Part shown: positions 10,912 to 22,018 of the stretch, piece by piece
Position numbering within the stretch: position 1 is the stretch's first letter
Layout of the letters: each line of letters begins with the position of its first letter
Virus record (IMG/VR): IMGVR_UViG_3300042898_003498
Reading direction: 5' to 3' (one strand)
DNA from: an uncultured virus (IMG/VR IMGVR_UViG_3300042898_003498)
Lineage: Duplodnaviria; Heunggongvirae; Uroviricota; Caudoviricetes
Length of the DNA: 64,000 bases
Translations under genes and position numbers: made by a program
Notes under the pieces: model-generated
Seen by the model: only the letters and a program-made list of their open reading frames with translations
The model's database searches: none
Told to the model about the DNA's origin: nothing

Positions 10912-11605
10912 TCAGAGATAGTAGGCGGCGTGCAGGATCATTATAATTAATGACTCCGGGTTGAGCGTGATGAAAACCGTGATAGGATGACATTGTTATA
11001 TAACATAGCCATCCTATATTTTTAATCTCTTTTGTTTCAGAATGTGATATTGCATTTACTAACATCTCAAAAACAAATGCACAACACATTGCAAGCATTA
11101 ACCCTGCAACAATATTAACAGATAATAATCCCAAGAATACAATAGTACTCCAAACTATGATTATTTGAAATTTTCCTAAAGTTTGAAGATATTTGAATTC
11201 TGTCTTTAATAAATCTTTTATAATTAATAAAGGAATATCGATTCTAGGTTTAAACATCCAACCTACAAAGGCGTGCCACTTTCCGTGAATCGGGCTATGA
11301 GGGTCGTCATCGGTATCTGTTTTCATATGATGCCATCTATGAGTTCTTGCATAGTTTAACGGATCTCCGGTCATTGAGAATAATCCAAGTACCGTTATTA
11401 TATATTCAACTTTTTTGTTAAGTTGAATTTGTTTATGAGACCAGTATCTATGATATAAGTTGCACCCTATTAAATAGATTAAGAAATAACTTATAAAAAA
11501 CGAGATAGTTGTTATCCATAACGAACTTGACATTACTAATGCAATCGGTGTTAATAAGAAAATCAACATTGGCAATTTAACAAGGTATAAGTGTTCTCTG
11601 GTCAT
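10895..11605 (-). CDS. membrane fatty-acid desaturase (acyl-CoA delta9-like)
   Basis: His boxes HRYWSH, HRWHH, HGFHH; DPHSP. Confidence 0.85.
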   Translation of the reverse strand: MTREHLYLVKLPMLIFLLTPIALVMSSSLWITTISFFISYFLIYLIGCNLYHRYWSHKQIQLNKKVEYIITVLGLFSMTGDPLNYARTHRWHHMKTDTDDDPHSPIHGKWHAFVGWMFKPRIDIPLLIIKDLLKTEFKYLQTLGKFQIIIVWSTIVFLGLLSVNIVAGLMLAMCCAFVFEMLVNAISHSETKEIKNIGWLCYITMSSYHGFHHAQPGVINYNDPARRLLSLIRSND

Positions 11606-11644
11606 AAAAGTATTTATGGACAAGATCTATCAATAAATATAATC

Positions 11645-12307
11645 ATGAACTCTATAAAAAAAAGAAATTTACCTGCATTTATAGAATTGCCGCACATTGT
11701 TCCTAATGTAGATGATCTTATAAAATCATTTGATCAACTTTCGCATCGTAAAAATAACTCTTATGAGATGCAGTTTGCTGAGATTCGAGATGAACTTGCA
11801 TCTAATTTTCCTTTTGAAAAAAATGGATACGACTATGTAGTTGTCACAGATATTGACGAGCAGTATAAAATTGATATTAAAAAAGAATCGCCTATTCAGA
11901 TGTACAAAAATGTTATGAGAGGAAAAGCTCCCGCTCTTGATTGTAGGAATTATGTAAATTTTAAAGAAGATGTGCCTATTGCAGTTAGAGAATTTCTACA
12001 ACAGTTTAAAGGTCAAGTTTCTAGGACCAGGTTCGCTGTACTTAAATCTAAGATGACAATATACGAACATGCTGATAACGGGATTCATCATACTATTCGT
12101 GTGCATGTTCCGTTAATCTCGGATGATAAAAACTTATTTTTTATAAGATCTGCAAATGGAATAGAGTATAAGTATCTAGAACCAGGAAAAGTATATTACA
12201 CCAATACGGCATTGCCGCATTTTGTAATTAACAACAGTAACATTGATCGTCTTCATCTTGTATTAAGTTTAAATTCTTTAGATGATATTGTGGAATATAT
12301 AAAATGA
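11645..12307 (+). CDS. aspartyl/asparaginyl beta-hydroxylase-like oxygenase
   Basis: EHAD, RVHVPL, PHFVIN, RLHLV. Confidence 0.75.
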   Translation: MNSIKKRNLPAFIELPHIVPNVDDLIKSFDQLSHRKNNSYEMQFAEIRDELASNFPFEKNGYDYVVVTDIDEQYKIDIKKESPIQMYKNVMRGKAPALDCRNYVNFKEDVPIAVREFLQQFKGQVSRTRFAVLKSKMTIYEHADNGIHHTIRVHVPLISDDKNLFFIRSANGIEYKYLEPGKVYYTNTALPHFVINNSNIDRLHLVLSLNSLDDIVEYIK

Positions 12308-13056
12308 ATTTATTTACAATATCAAAAAAATCATTAATTGTATATCAAATACTTGCTCACATTTGTTTTATTGTAATGGTGTTGTATGCAACTAGTTGGC
12401 AATGGCTGATTTCTATAGTTTTATATTTCTTATTATCGTCTGTAGGTGGAACAGTTACCTATCATCGATTGTTAAGTCATCGATCGTTTATTGCACCGAA
12501 CTGGTTTATATATTTAGGAACTATTTTAGGATCAATTGGTGGAAATGGTTCTAGCATTGCATGGGTTGCAATTCATAGAGAGCATCACAGATTTACTGAT
12601 AAGGAAAAAGATCCACATAGCCCTCGTGTTAAAGGATTCTTTAAAGTGCAATTCTTAAGTATGCTAGATACTCCTAATTTAAAGTATGTTCCCGACCTAT
12701 TAAAATCTAAATTTCATGTATGGACACATACGTATTATTGGTTTTTAAATTTAGTATATATTCTAGTTTTAGCCATCATCGACCCGTTTGCAATCATTTA
12801 TGCATACTTTGTTCCTACTTTATTAGTATGGCATGCTGGAAGTTTGATTAATACACTAAATCATCTTATTGGTTATAGATCGTTTCACACAACTGACAAC
12901 AGTACAAACAATGTATTCACTGGTATTCTAGTAAGCGGAGAGGGCTGGCACAATAACCATCATGCCCAACCTGCAAATCCTAAATTTGGAAATAGGTGGT
13001 GGGAATTTGATTTAGGATACTTAATTATAAGTATGGTAAAAAAAGATACAGTATAG
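12304..13056 (+). CDS. membrane fatty-acid desaturase
   Basis: HRLLSH, HREHH, GEGWHNNHH. Confidence 0.9.
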   Translation: MNLFTISKKSLIVYQILAHICFIVMVLYATSWQWLISIVLYFLLSSVGGTVTYHRLLSHRSFIAPNWFIYLGTILGSIGGNGSSIAWVAIHREHHRFTDKEKDPHSPRVKGFFKVQFLSMLDTPNLKYVPDLLKSKFHVWTHTYYWFLNLVYILVLAIIDPFAIIYAYFVPTLLVWHAGSLINTLNHLIGYRSFHTTDNSTNNVFTGILVSGEGWHNNHHAQPANPKFGNRWWEFDLGYLIISMVKKDTV

Positions 13057-13131
13057 CCTTCTGTTAATTACAGCAATTTACTATTGTAAATAAAATATGT
13101 ATATGCTAAAATAGTAACTTATAAATATTTT

Positions 13132-13968
13132 ATGTTTAACAGACCTCCAAAAATATTTGCACATGTTAGTTCATTGCAAGACAAAAATTTCGTAGTACCT
13201 GAATATATTCTAAATAAACAGGACAACAATGTAAATTTATTTCATAGATATTGCCCCCATAGAATGTACCCATTAGCTAGTCCGGGCACGCATGTTGAAG
13301 AAATTACCTGTAAGTTTCACGGCCTTCAATGGGACAAGACTGGCATACCTATTAACAATGATAAAAAATTATCCTGCGGAACTGCTATTGTCGGACAATC
13401 TGGATTAATCTTTAAGAATTTTCAAGAACCTGATCATCAATGGGTTAAGGATCTAAAAGCCGAACAGAATTTAAAATTTAGTCATGCATACCACGGAACT
13501 AGTAATGGAAGCTGGCTTTGGTTTATGGACGTAAATACAGACCTGTTACATGTGTTTAAAGATGGAATACACCCGTTCTTATCTAAACAAGTGAATCTTG
13601 AAGACATTAAGATGGAGCAAGGTGAGGATTGGATACTACAAATACATCCGGACGGATGGTGGTGTTGCATATATCCATTTACATTTGTCGAGTACGGGAG
13701 ACCAGGGAAGCTATCAATTAACACAGTCATCCCAAATGATATTAATACAGAATATGGATTTAGTTGGATGACACAGATCTATTATGACGATAGTGTTGAT
13801 ATTAATAGTAGAATGATATTCGAAACACTTGAACCAGTTTTTAAAGAAGATATACAAGCAGCCGAACTGCAAAAGGGAAATTACTTCCCTTTATCTAAGG
13901 CAATGAATAGATACGAAGACCACTGTGTTCATTTTGGAAATTGGGTAAAAAACAATAAATTAAAATAA
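13132..13968 (+). CDS. Rieske ring-hydroxylating oxygenase-like protein
   Basis: CPHR...CKFHG Rieske motif, DLLHV..IH. Confidence 0.8.
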   Translation: MFNRPPKIFAHVSSLQDKNFVVPEYILNKQDNNVNLFHRYCPHRMYPLASPGTHVEEITCKFHGLQWDKTGIPINNDKKLSCGTAIVGQSGLIFKNFQEPDHQWVKDLKAEQNLKFSHAYHGTSNGSWLWFMDVNTDLLHVFKDGIHPFLSKQVNLEDIKMEQGEDWILQIHPDGWWCCIYPFTFVEYGRPGKLSINTVIPNDINTEYGFSWMTQIYYDDSVDINSRMIFETLEPVFKEDIQAAELQKGNYFPLSKAMNRYEDHCVHFGNWVKNNKLK

Positions 13969-14880
13969 TTGTGTCAGCTCGTCGTATGTGAACCAGTATT
14001 CATTACCTTCTCCGATAACAGAAGTCATGTATTCCTGCATATTATTAATGTATGCAGGATAAACACCTGTATAATTTTCACCCTCGTAGCCTGTTAATTT
14101 GTGTTTATGTTTGATATCAGGCCATATTTGTTGATGAATAGGAGTTCGGCTGGTCCAGCAGCTCCGCTTGCCATGTAGTCTATCATTTATTAAATCTTGT
14201 ATGATCGGTAATGTATTAAATGCCTTAATTAAATTAGGATTGAATTCATACCAATCACATATATTGTCTCTGCCAAGAGAATGTAGATACATGGATGCAT
14301 TGTGATTAGATTCATTAAGTGGAAAGATCCAACTAGATTTTCTACCGTAGTCTCCCCCAAGTACCCTTAACCAATATGGTTCAGCTTCCCCCATTACTGG
14401 GATATTATCTAAATAATCTAAGAACTTTAAATGTGGCAGCCGGCCTGCTCTAATGCATCCACTTTTTTGAAATATATCATGTGCTTCGGATTCAAAAAAT
14501 TTTTCTAACTTAAAATCTATAACTTTATAGGGTATGTTTAAACTTGTTGCAATTTCTATTGCCGAGGACACATCTTTATAATTTATATTGTTTTCATATC
14601 TAAATATATATGTGTTATGTGGTATCATTAAGTCCTTGAATGTGCGGACTACTATTTCGCTATCTATCCCCCCGGACAACAATACATCAAACTGCCCGAC
14701 AAATGAATCTCTCATCATCTTAGCACTATTATATAATTCTTCTTTATAAGAACCTGTGGTAGTAGAGACTTTTGATACGTCTATGTGTAATTTGTAAATA
14801 TCGTCGTTATTAGTCCTAAGTCCATATGGACTATCGTTGAAGCTCCAACTCATCCAACCGTTTAACGTGGGATTATTCAT
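13960..14880 (-). CDS. PP-loop (SGGxDS) adenine-nucleotide alpha-hydrolase-like protein
   Basis: LLSGGIDSE motif. Confidence 0.6.
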   Translation of the reverse strand: MNNPTLNGWMSWSFNDSPYGLRTNNDDIYKLHIDVSKVSTTTGSYKEELYNSAKMMRDSFVGQFDVLLSGGIDSEIVVRTFKDLMIPHNTYIFRYENNINYKDVSSAIEIATSLNIPYKVIDFKLEKFFESEAHDIFQKSGCIRAGRLPHLKFLDYLDNIPVMGEAEPYWLRVLGGDYGRKSSWIFPLNESNHNASMYLHSLGRDNICDWYEFNPNLIKAFNTLPIIQDLINDRLHGKRSCWTSRTPIHQQIWPDIKHKHKLTGYEGENYTGVYPAYINNMQEYMTSVIGEGNEYWFTYDELTQLF

Positions 14881-16418
14881 TTTTTTATCGAGCCTAGTAA
14901 CGATGTTCTTAGTATTGATGTTCTATATTTTAATTTTTTTTCTTCTAACAGATTCAACATATTATATTTTTCATGAATCTCTTTTCTGCTTAAATTAAGT
15001 AAATCTTCAGCCGATACACCTAATGATTTGGCCCAAGGGAATCCAAAAGCACCAATTTTAAATCGATCTGAAGAAGATACTTTTTCATTTATTCTTTTCG
15101 AAAATTCAAAAGCACGATCAAATGTCATTCCTGTTATACTGTTTGTCCATCTAATTTCATTATAAGCAGAGTTTTCAATTTGTTCATAGCAATTATATCC
15201 ATATTTTTCATACTCTAGATCAAACTCTGAAAAGTAATTTCGAGTTACATTTTCGAATTGTTTAGGCATTATAAAAAGAGGTTCTACTACAAAATCATCT
15301 AATTTATTTTTTTCTGAGAATAAAAATTCTTCTAGTTTTTCAAGTTCATCCTCTCGATCTTTTGGCAATCCTAAGATAAATCCCGAGTAGGTCATTATTT
15401 CTTTAAACTCATTCTTCTTAATTTCTTCAATAAACTGGAACTGTTCCATAGGGTCTAGTCCCTTTCCAATAGCTTTTCCGGATTCGTGATTGATAGTCTC
15501 AATTCCAAAAACTGCAGATTGCAATCCTGATTCCTGCAAATATTTTACAGTATCGGGAAATCGAATCATTAAATCAAGTCTAATATAGGTAGTAAATGTT
15601 AATTTAAAGGGCAATTTACTATAAACTTCATCATATAATCTTTTAACTTTTTCTTCACTATCGTTGTATGTATCATCAGAAAATGTGTAATCTGTTACTC
15701 CGTGTAGTTCATAATTTTTTAAAAACTCATCATGAAGTACATTCGAGTGTTTAACCCATTCGCCTTTCTTTTTTCCATTTAGCGGAAAAGCACAGAATTT
15801 ACATTTAAAAATACATCCCCTACTTACTTCTACTGGTAAAGAATCTTTTGGATCTACAATATCGTTTTTTGTAAAAATAATCTGACTTTTATGGAATTCT
15901 TGAAATTCAGAACCGTCAATTACATTACCAAAAAATTCAGCAGGTATTGTCTTAGTCTTCTTTGCACAATAATCTGTAAATTTTATAATTTCTGTATCGT
16001 TGTTTTTTTTAAATATTTTAAATCCAAATTGCTCTAGCATAAATCTTCTCGATCCGCCTGCAATGAATTTTGTTTTAGGATTAAGTTTTTTAACTAGGTT
16101 AGTAAATGCAAGTATTCCTTTATCGATGCCAGGTTTATTTTCGTATTTTTTCTTAAATGTATTTTCTGATCGATAATATGGATAGCCAAATACATGGTAA
16201 AGGAATGTTGTGCTGATTCCTACCCATAATGTATTCTCCCCCACTAATAAACTAATCACTTCTGTAAATTTTTCAAATTTACCTTCGAATGCTGACACAT
16301 CGATGCACTGTACTGTGTATCCTGCATTTCTTAGCTGAGTTGCTATACGAAAAGTTCCAGCGTATTTTATAGTCGGAATTAGATGGTTTCCGTATAATAG
16401 TATGCAGTCGGGTGTCAT
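14877..16418 (-). CDS. radical SAM protein, paralog of 8801
   Basis: EVSRGCIFKCKFC, DDTYND, FGIET. Confidence 0.85.
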   Translation of the reverse strand: MTPDCILLYGNHLIPTIKYAGTFRIATQLRNAGYTVQCIDVSAFEGKFEKFTEVISLLVGENTLWVGISTTFLYHVFGYPYYRSENTFKKKYENKPGIDKGILAFTNLVKKLNPKTKFIAGGSRRFMLEQFGFKIFKKNNDTEIIKFTDYCAKKTKTIPAEFFGNVIDGSEFQEFHKSQIIFTKNDIVDPKDSLPVEVSRGCIFKCKFCAFPLNGKKKGEWVKHSNVLHDEFLKNYELHGVTDYTFSDDTYNDSEEKVKRLYDEVYSKLPFKLTFTTYIRLDLMIRFPDTVKYLQESGLQSAVFGIETINHESGKAIGKGLDPMEQFQFIEEIKKNEFKEIMTYSGFILGLPKDREDELEKLEEFLFSEKNKLDDFVVEPLFIMPKQFENVTRNYFSEFDLEYEKYGYNCYEQIENSAYNEIRWTNSITGMTFDRAFEFSKRINEKVSSSDRFKIGAFGFPWAKSLGVSAEDLLNLSRKEIHEKYNMLNLLEEKKLKYRTSILRTSLLGSIKK

Positions 16419-17194
16419 GTAATCCTGATTAATTTAATTATCAATGCTGAAATGTCAATTTCCCACCACTTATCGCCAAAACTAAATCTTTTAGGATATC
16501 TATGATGGTTATTATGCCAAGCTTCACCCCAGCTAGGTATAGCCCATAACCAATTGTTTGTACTTTGATCATTAAGGTTGTAGGTCCTGTATCCACCTAG
16601 CCAACTTGGTTTGTGTCCTACATAATTAACAACATTACTCATGAGGGCAGTTATTGCGGCAGGAGCCCAATGAAAAAATATCATTAACCAAAATCCTCCA
16701 ATTAAAAATAGCACAAGACTATACATTGCAATAATTGCAAAATAATATCTGTGTAAGAATTGTTGGAACGTATCTGTAACTAAAGACCTCATTCTCCATT
16801 TTGTATCTTTATCAACTTCATTTATATAGTCCATCTTAAAGATCTTTATTCCTTTATATAACGGACTATGGGGATCTGTGGGCTTGTCACTTTTTAAGTG
16901 ATGATTAATGTGAATAGCTACCCACGCTAAGGGACTACCAGTACCTGCAAAACATCCTAGTAATGAAAATACTTTTACAAGTAGCGGGCGAGTCTTGTAA
17001 CTATTGTGAGTGAGATTTCTGTGATAAGTTACAACAATACCTAAGCAACCGTAAAGAAAGTATCCTAGAAGTATTAACATGCAGGAACCAACACTTAACC
17101 CATAAGAGTATATAGCACTAAAAGTACCAATTAAAGTTATTATTAAAAATAGTTGAGCGCCCCTAGTGCTGCTAGATAAAAATGCTGTATTCAT
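16415..17194 (-). CDS. membrane fatty-acid desaturase
   Basis: HRNLTH, HINHH, GEAWHNNHH. Confidence 0.9.
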   Translation of the reverse strand: MNTAFLSSSTRGAQLFLIITLIGTFSAIYSYGLSVGSCMLILLGYFLYGCLGIVVTYHRNLTHNSYKTRPLLVKVFSLLGCFAGTGSPLAWVAIHINHHLKSDKPTDPHSPLYKGIKIFKMDYINEVDKDTKWRMRSLVTDTFQQFLHRYYFAIIAMYSLVLFLIGGFWLMIFFHWAPAAITALMSNVVNYVGHKPSWLGGYRTYNLNDQSTNNWLWAIPSWGEAWHNNHHRYPKRFSFGDKWWEIDISALIIKLIRIT

Positions 17195-17237
17195 TAGTGT
17201 CCTAAGTGATATATTTATAGGATAAAATAAATGATTC

Positions 17238-17798
17238 TTATTTTCTAAATTCAGGTTTTAGCACTCGTTTTTTAAATATCATAGGATCGGGTTTAACTTC
17301 TTGTCCCATTAGTCTCCAGTGCAATTCATGAAAAGGTTTTGTGTTAGGTGGAATAACATCTAAAAGGATATGCTCATATCTATGAGAATGTGTGCGTTTC
17401 CATTGTCGTTCATATACGTTCATCACACGCTCAGCGGTACAATAATAGTATTCGTACCATCCCATAGACTCGGTGTAATTAAATGCATAGTTAATCAAAT
17501 CCCCTATACCCGAACTTTTAAAATTAAAATAATTTTTAAAATTTCTTGTATATAGTCCAGGTATGACCCAAAATTTTCCTCTCATGTTGTTTTCATACAT
17601 GCCAATACATATAAAACTAATAAGTTTTTCATTTTCAAAATAGCCTATTGCACGATAAAATACATTATCTTGAAAATATTTTTCAAAAGCTGCTTGAAAT
17701 CCACCGAGAGTTAATGGTACCGTTCCAGCAGTTCTACTTTTCAATGATGCAATTTCCATGCAATCCGGCAAATCATCTATTGTTAAAAATCGTATCAT
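17238..17798 (-). CDS. GNAT-fold-like protein
   Basis: MIRFLTIDDL start, GIG..L motif. Confidence 0.5.
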   Translation of the reverse strand: MIRFLTIDDLPDCMEIASLKSRTAGTVPLTLGGFQAAFEKYFQDNVFYRAIGYFENEKLISFICIGMYENNMRGKFWVIPGLYTRNFKNYFNFKSSGIGDLINYAFNYTESMGWYEYYYCTAERVMNVYERQWKRTHSHRYEHILLDVIPPNTKPFHELHWRLMGQEVKPDPMIFKKRVLKPEFRK

Positions 17799-18583
17799 TT
17801 TTTCAATATCTTAATAAGTGCCGCCCCAGGATCAACTTCCCACCATTTACCGCTTATTTCTTTTCCGTAATGATAATGTCGAGCATGTGAGTGATGGTTG
17901 TTGTGCCATGCTTCCCCTAGGTACAATGGCCAAAGTAATAAACTGTTCTGACTATTTCCACTTGTTGCATTATTATAAGTTCTATAAGCACCTACCCCTG
18001 GCATATGTCCTAAAAAGTTTTGTAAATTGATAGAAAATTGTACAACAACGACAGGAAGCAACCACATGTAATAAAATAATGTAAAATCTATAAATGCAAA
18101 AGGAACTAATACCGCTAATAAGATTAGCCAATAATATCTATTAATGAATAAATGCTCTTTAGTTATTAATGACTTAATTTTAAATATATGTATATCTTCA
18201 GATTTATTCTTTTCATCTACTAACCCAAAAAAGTTAAATTTTCGGCCTACAGGAGTATGTGGGTCATTTTCAGTATCTACGTGCTCATGATGTGCCCTGT
18301 GCAGGTACGCCCATGCAATCGGACTTCCTCTTACTGCAAGGAGTGAAATCAGTATAAAAAATTTTCTAATAATTTTACTTTTAAATTCAAAACTTTTATG
18401 ACTAAAATACCTGTGCATCATGATGCTTATACCACCTGTCAAAAAAATGTGATATGCGATAAAAGATATCAATAGTAAATTTAAATTAAATGTAACAAAG
18501 AATGCTCCTGCGACAAGTCCTAGTCTAGCTAAGATATGAAAGTATCGAACAGAATGCGAACTGGCTTGAAATAAATTAGTCAT
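17795..18583 (-). CDS. membrane fatty-acid desaturase
   Basis: HRYFSH, HRAHH, GEAWHNNHH. Confidence 0.9.
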   Translation of the reverse strand: MTNLFQASSHSVRYFHILARLGLVAGAFFVTFNLNLLLISFIAYHIFLTGGISIMMHRYFSHKSFEFKSKIIRKFFILISLLAVRGSPIAWAYLHRAHHEHVDTENDPHTPVGRKFNFFGLVDEKNKSEDIHIFKIKSLITKEHLFINRYYWLILLAVLVPFAFIDFTLFYYMWLLPVVVVQFSINLQNFLGHMPGVGAYRTYNNATSGNSQNSLLLWPLYLGEAWHNNHHSHARHYHYGKEISGKWWEVDPGAALIKILKK

Positions 18584-19190
18584 ATACCACCGTGTGCCCT
18601 TTATATTTTTCCATACTTTGAATCAATAATTTTTTATTTTTAAATCCTATGCCATACATTTGAATTAGTAACTTAGGGTGTGCTGGATTATAAACGGATC
18701 CGTGCCAACAATGTTTATCGTTGTATGCAAACCAGTTAGTTGTTTCTGGTAATTGAAAAGGTATAGCATCTTTTATATTGCCAGGTCGTGTAAAAATCCA
18801 CTGCGGATTTGGATCAGTACAATGCAGAATTGCCCTAACATTCCAGTGATCTACATTATCATCAGTATGAGGAGTGATATTTACTAAACTTTCAATGACC
18901 CTAACACGCTCGGTAAAGGTAAATGGGGAGCAATCTTCTATCATTTTATGCATTAGCGGAAATACTTCTTGAATATCATAGTAAGGTGCTTGCCATGCAA
19001 CAGGATATAAATTCTTTTTATAGATATCGATACCTTTCCATACAGCGGTATTTCCTACTTCTGCATATGATTCTTTATGACTATTACGAGTTTTAATTAA
19101 ATTAGCTGCATGAGCATTCCATATGTCCCAGAATACAGACCAATCGTCTGGCACGATAGGTGGAAGATCTAAAGGAGTAGCAACGATCAT
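18576..19190 (-). CDS. 2OG-Fe(II)/cupin-like oxygenase
   Basis: PHTD...WHG pattern; similar to 34815. Confidence 0.5.
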   Translation of the reverse strand: MIVATPLDLPPIVPDDWSVFWDIWNAHAANLIKTRNSHKESYAEVGNTAVWKGIDIYKKNLYPVAWQAPYYDIQEVFPLMHKMIEDCSPFTFTERVRVIESLVNITPHTDDNVDHWNVRAILHCTDPNPQWIFTRPGNIKDAIPFQLPETTNWFAYNDKHCWHGSVYNPAHPKLLIQMYGIGFKNKKLLIQSMEKYKGHTVVYD

Positions 19191-19262
19191 AGTGTATTTT
19201 ATTTGTGTAAATATTTATACAGTTATAATAACTGGTAAATTTATCTATTGTTAAATACCTTT

Positions 19263-19874
19263 ATGAATTATCAGGTTGTCTCATTTTATTCCTTAACTGA
19301 CAAAGAAAAACAACAATTTTATAATTTTTGTAAAAAGCAATCGGACGAAATATCTCAGCCAGCGTCAGCTAATATGTGGCATGATGACTGGAAAACACAT
19401 CCTAATACATTGCCTTATATATTAGAAATAGAGTCAAGGTTCCGGAACCCGATGGGTGATTTTAATATATTAAAATTAAGATCTAAGATTGTAGCTTGTG
19501 CAGGAGTTTATCGGAGTGAATTTTCTAAAGACATCGCAATTGCAGGATGTCGCACTTGGGTATCGAAAGAATTTAGAAACAGTAATCTAATGAGAGAATT
19601 TATACTTCCTGCTCAAAAAAAATGGAGCATCGAAAACAATTTTAAAATGTTGTGCTTGTCATTCAACGAATATAATAAGAATATAGTCGAAGTGTATAAG
19701 AGAAGAAGATTAGGTGAAACGATAGATCGAATGAATACTAAAGAACCACATCATTTATTCTTTACAGGGCTTCATACTGTAGATTTTCCTGTTACTATAC
19801 AATACACAAAGCAATGGGTGATTTACGAAAAATTAGATCCAACTTATAATTTTAACTGGGACATCATTAAATAG
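19263..19874 (+). CDS. GNAT-like protein
   Basis: IVACAG, RTWVSKEFRN acetyl-CoA-binding-like motif. Confidence 0.55.
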   Translation: MNYQVVSFYSLTDKEKQQFYNFCKKQSDEISQPASANMWHDDWKTHPNTLPYILEIESRFRNPMGDFNILKLRSKIVACAGVYRSEFSKDIAIAGCRTWVSKEFRNSNLMREFILPAQKKWSIENNFKMLCLSFNEYNKNIVEVYKRRRLGETIDRMNTKEPHHLFFTGLHTVDFPVTIQYTKQWVIYEKLDPTYNFNWDIIK

Positions 19875-19880
19875 GTGTTA

Positions 19881-20849
19881 TTAATTCTTACTATCTAATT
19901 TTTCCAGCACCGGAACCCATAGTTTCCTTAAATCAGTCATGCTTCTTTTAAAACCATCGGGCGTTAATTCTCTTTCGTCTGCAAACATATAATTGTTTTC
20001 AAAAAATACCTGTGCTTCCGGACTTCTAATTGCCTTGGCAAAACTATCAACATACCATTTTTGTACTTCGGAAGACGTTCCTTTGGGCAGTATGATACCC
20101 CAACCCGCATAGACATTCATCCCGGGTACCCATTTATTCATTAAAGGTGTGTTTTCAAATCCTTTAATAGTACGTTCGCTAGTAAGTCCGATAACTTTAA
20201 CTTTACCTGACTGAGCAAGAGGTGCTGCTACTGCTGCTGGAAGAATACCAAACTCTAAATGACCGCCAGCAACATCAGCACCTGCTTGTGCAGGACCTTT
20301 ATACTCCACAGTAGTGATTAGCTTTTTATCTAGCTTGATCTTGTCAGCCATATAATCATACGCTAACTTATGTGCGCCGCTGCCGGCGGCAATGTTAATT
20401 GGCTTGGTGGTAGTTCGTAGCTTATTAACTAACTCGCTAGGAGTATTAACGTCACTACTACTATGTGCAATAACAACCAACGGGCTCTTTGCAATTCCTA
20501 TAACATATTCAAAATCGTCTAATTTGTATTTGACAACATTCTTTTGAAAAAATTCAGATGTAACAAATATTCCTTGATTGCTAGGAATGTAAATGTGGTG
20601 ACCGTCTGTCGGTCTAGAAATGAAGTCATTCATTGCTACAACTCCATTAGCACCTGGACGATTTTCTACTACGAACGATACTTTAGGATTTGCCTTTTCT
20701 AAAATACTGCTAACACCTCTAAAGCTCAATTCGTTACCCGAACCGGGCGCAAATCCTATCAATACATTAACGGGCTTTGTTGGTTCCCATGCCCATGCGG
20801 TTGATGCAATTAATGTAAAAATAATTACTTTAATAAAGTTACTAATCAT
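19881..20849 (-). CDS. Bug/TctC tripartite tricarboxylate transporter substrate-binding protein
   Basis: signal peptide, GFAPGSG, VENRPGANG, YKG...A. Confidence 0.88.
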   Translation of the reverse strand: MISNFIKVIIFTLIASTAWAWEPTKPVNVLIGFAPGSGNELSFRGVSSILEKANPKVSFVVENRPGANGVVAMNDFISRPTDGHHIYIPSNQGIFVTSEFFQKNVVKYKLDDFEYVIGIAKSPLVVIAHSSSDVNTPSELVNKLRTTTKPINIAAGSGAHKLAYDYMADKIKLDKKLITTVEYKGPAQAGADVAGGHLEFGILPAAVAAPLAQSGKVKVIGLTSERTIKGFENTPLMNKWVPGMNVYAGWGIILPKGTSSEVQKWYVDSFAKAIRSPEAQVFFENNYMFADERELTPDGFKRSMTDLRKLWVPVLEKLDSKN

Positions 20850-20865
20850 GTTTATTCCTTTAGTT

Positions 20866-21399
20866 TTAGGACCGATGCCATTCTGCATAGAGTCTCGGTC
20901 TGGATGCGTGTGCATCAATTTCTTCTACTGTTTGCACATAATTATGCTTTACTGCAAACTGTCTCAAAATTTCAAAGGTCCAGGGAAAGAAAGGAACTTG
21001 ATCGCATTCTGCATTATCATGATCTTTTCTTCCGGGATTTAACCTCCAATAGATTCTAGAAACAGGTTTTAGACAAGATACAACTTTGTCAATCTGTTCC
21101 TCAATAGTTTCAGTTGTTCCAAAATTAATACTTCCAAGACAGGTAGCAACATCAAATAGTCTATCAGGCATGTACTCTTCAATGGTGCATTTAAAATCAG
21201 CTTGATCAAATGCAGGGTCTATACCAATTATGTTTTTACGCAACTCTTTGAAAGGATTAGCTCCACAACCTACATCAAGTTGCCATTCGTCCTCTGTGAT
21301 AAGTTTTGTTATTTCAACAGGATTTGTTATTCCTCTATTGTTTCCCGGAACCCAATGATTGGAAAAATATTCGTTTAATAGTTTTTGATTATGTGTCAT
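20866..21399 (-). CDS. class I SAM-dependent methyltransferase-like
   Basis: LDVGCG motif I. Confidence 0.7.
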   Translation of the reverse strand: MTHNQKLLNEYFSNHWVPGNNRGITNPVEITKLITEDEWQLDVGCGANPFKELRKNIIGIDPAFDQADFKCTIEEYMPDRLFDVATCLGSINFGTTETIEEQIDKVVSCLKPVSRIYWRLNPGRKDHDNAECDQVPFFPWTFEILRQFAVKHNYVQTVEEIDAHASRPRLYAEWHRS

Positions 21400-22010
21400 A
21401 TGCCGTGATCTGTTAAATTTAGTGTTTGGTATGCCCAATTTCGTTCCATACATTGGAAACATTTATTACATCGATTTTCTGGTTGTTCAGTACAAGAAAA
21501 AGTAATATTAGCAAGCTCTAAGATGTCGAGGTGTTGATATAGTTCTAAAATATGAGTTTTATACAAACTTATAAACGGTAATCCGATATGATCCGGAACA
21601 CTTATATTAGGATTTCTTCTTTCGGGGCCAGGAATCTGAAATTCAATTGGCGGATTTTGATTAACGCCCGAATATAGCTTATCGACTAGTTTCTGTTTAA
21701 TAATTTCTCGACTTGGACTCATAACTAGTTCTTTATGTGGTGCTGATCCGTCTCCTATAATATTAAAAGTAATGCTAGTATTTGTACGATCAGTAATCCA
21801 AGATACGATTCTTTTAGCATGAACATCGGCCTGTGTAATATTATTAGGAACTGTAAATGAAATTAATTCCTGATCATGTCTCTTTTCTTTTGCCAATATG
21901 TATAATAATAAACTACTATCAAACCCTCCACTAAACATTATTCCTATTCTTTTTATATAATCGGGTATTTCTACATTAATAGTAGTTCCGTCGTAACATA
22001 TATATTTCAT
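21396..22010 (-). CDS. QueC-like PP-loop ATPase
   Basis: FSGGFDS; SC...CNKCFQC..R zinc motif. Confidence 0.65.
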   Translation of the reverse strand: MKYICYDGTTINVEIPDYIKRIGIMFSGGFDSSLLLYILAKEKRHDQELISFTVPNNITQADVHAKRIVSWITDRTNTSITFNIIGDGSAPHKELVMSPSREIIKQKLVDKLYSGVNQNPPIEFQIPGPERRNPNISVPDHIGLPFISLYKTHILELYQHLDILELANITFSCTEQPENRCNKCFQCMERNWAYQTLNLTDHGI

Positions 22011-22018
22011 GATTTTAT

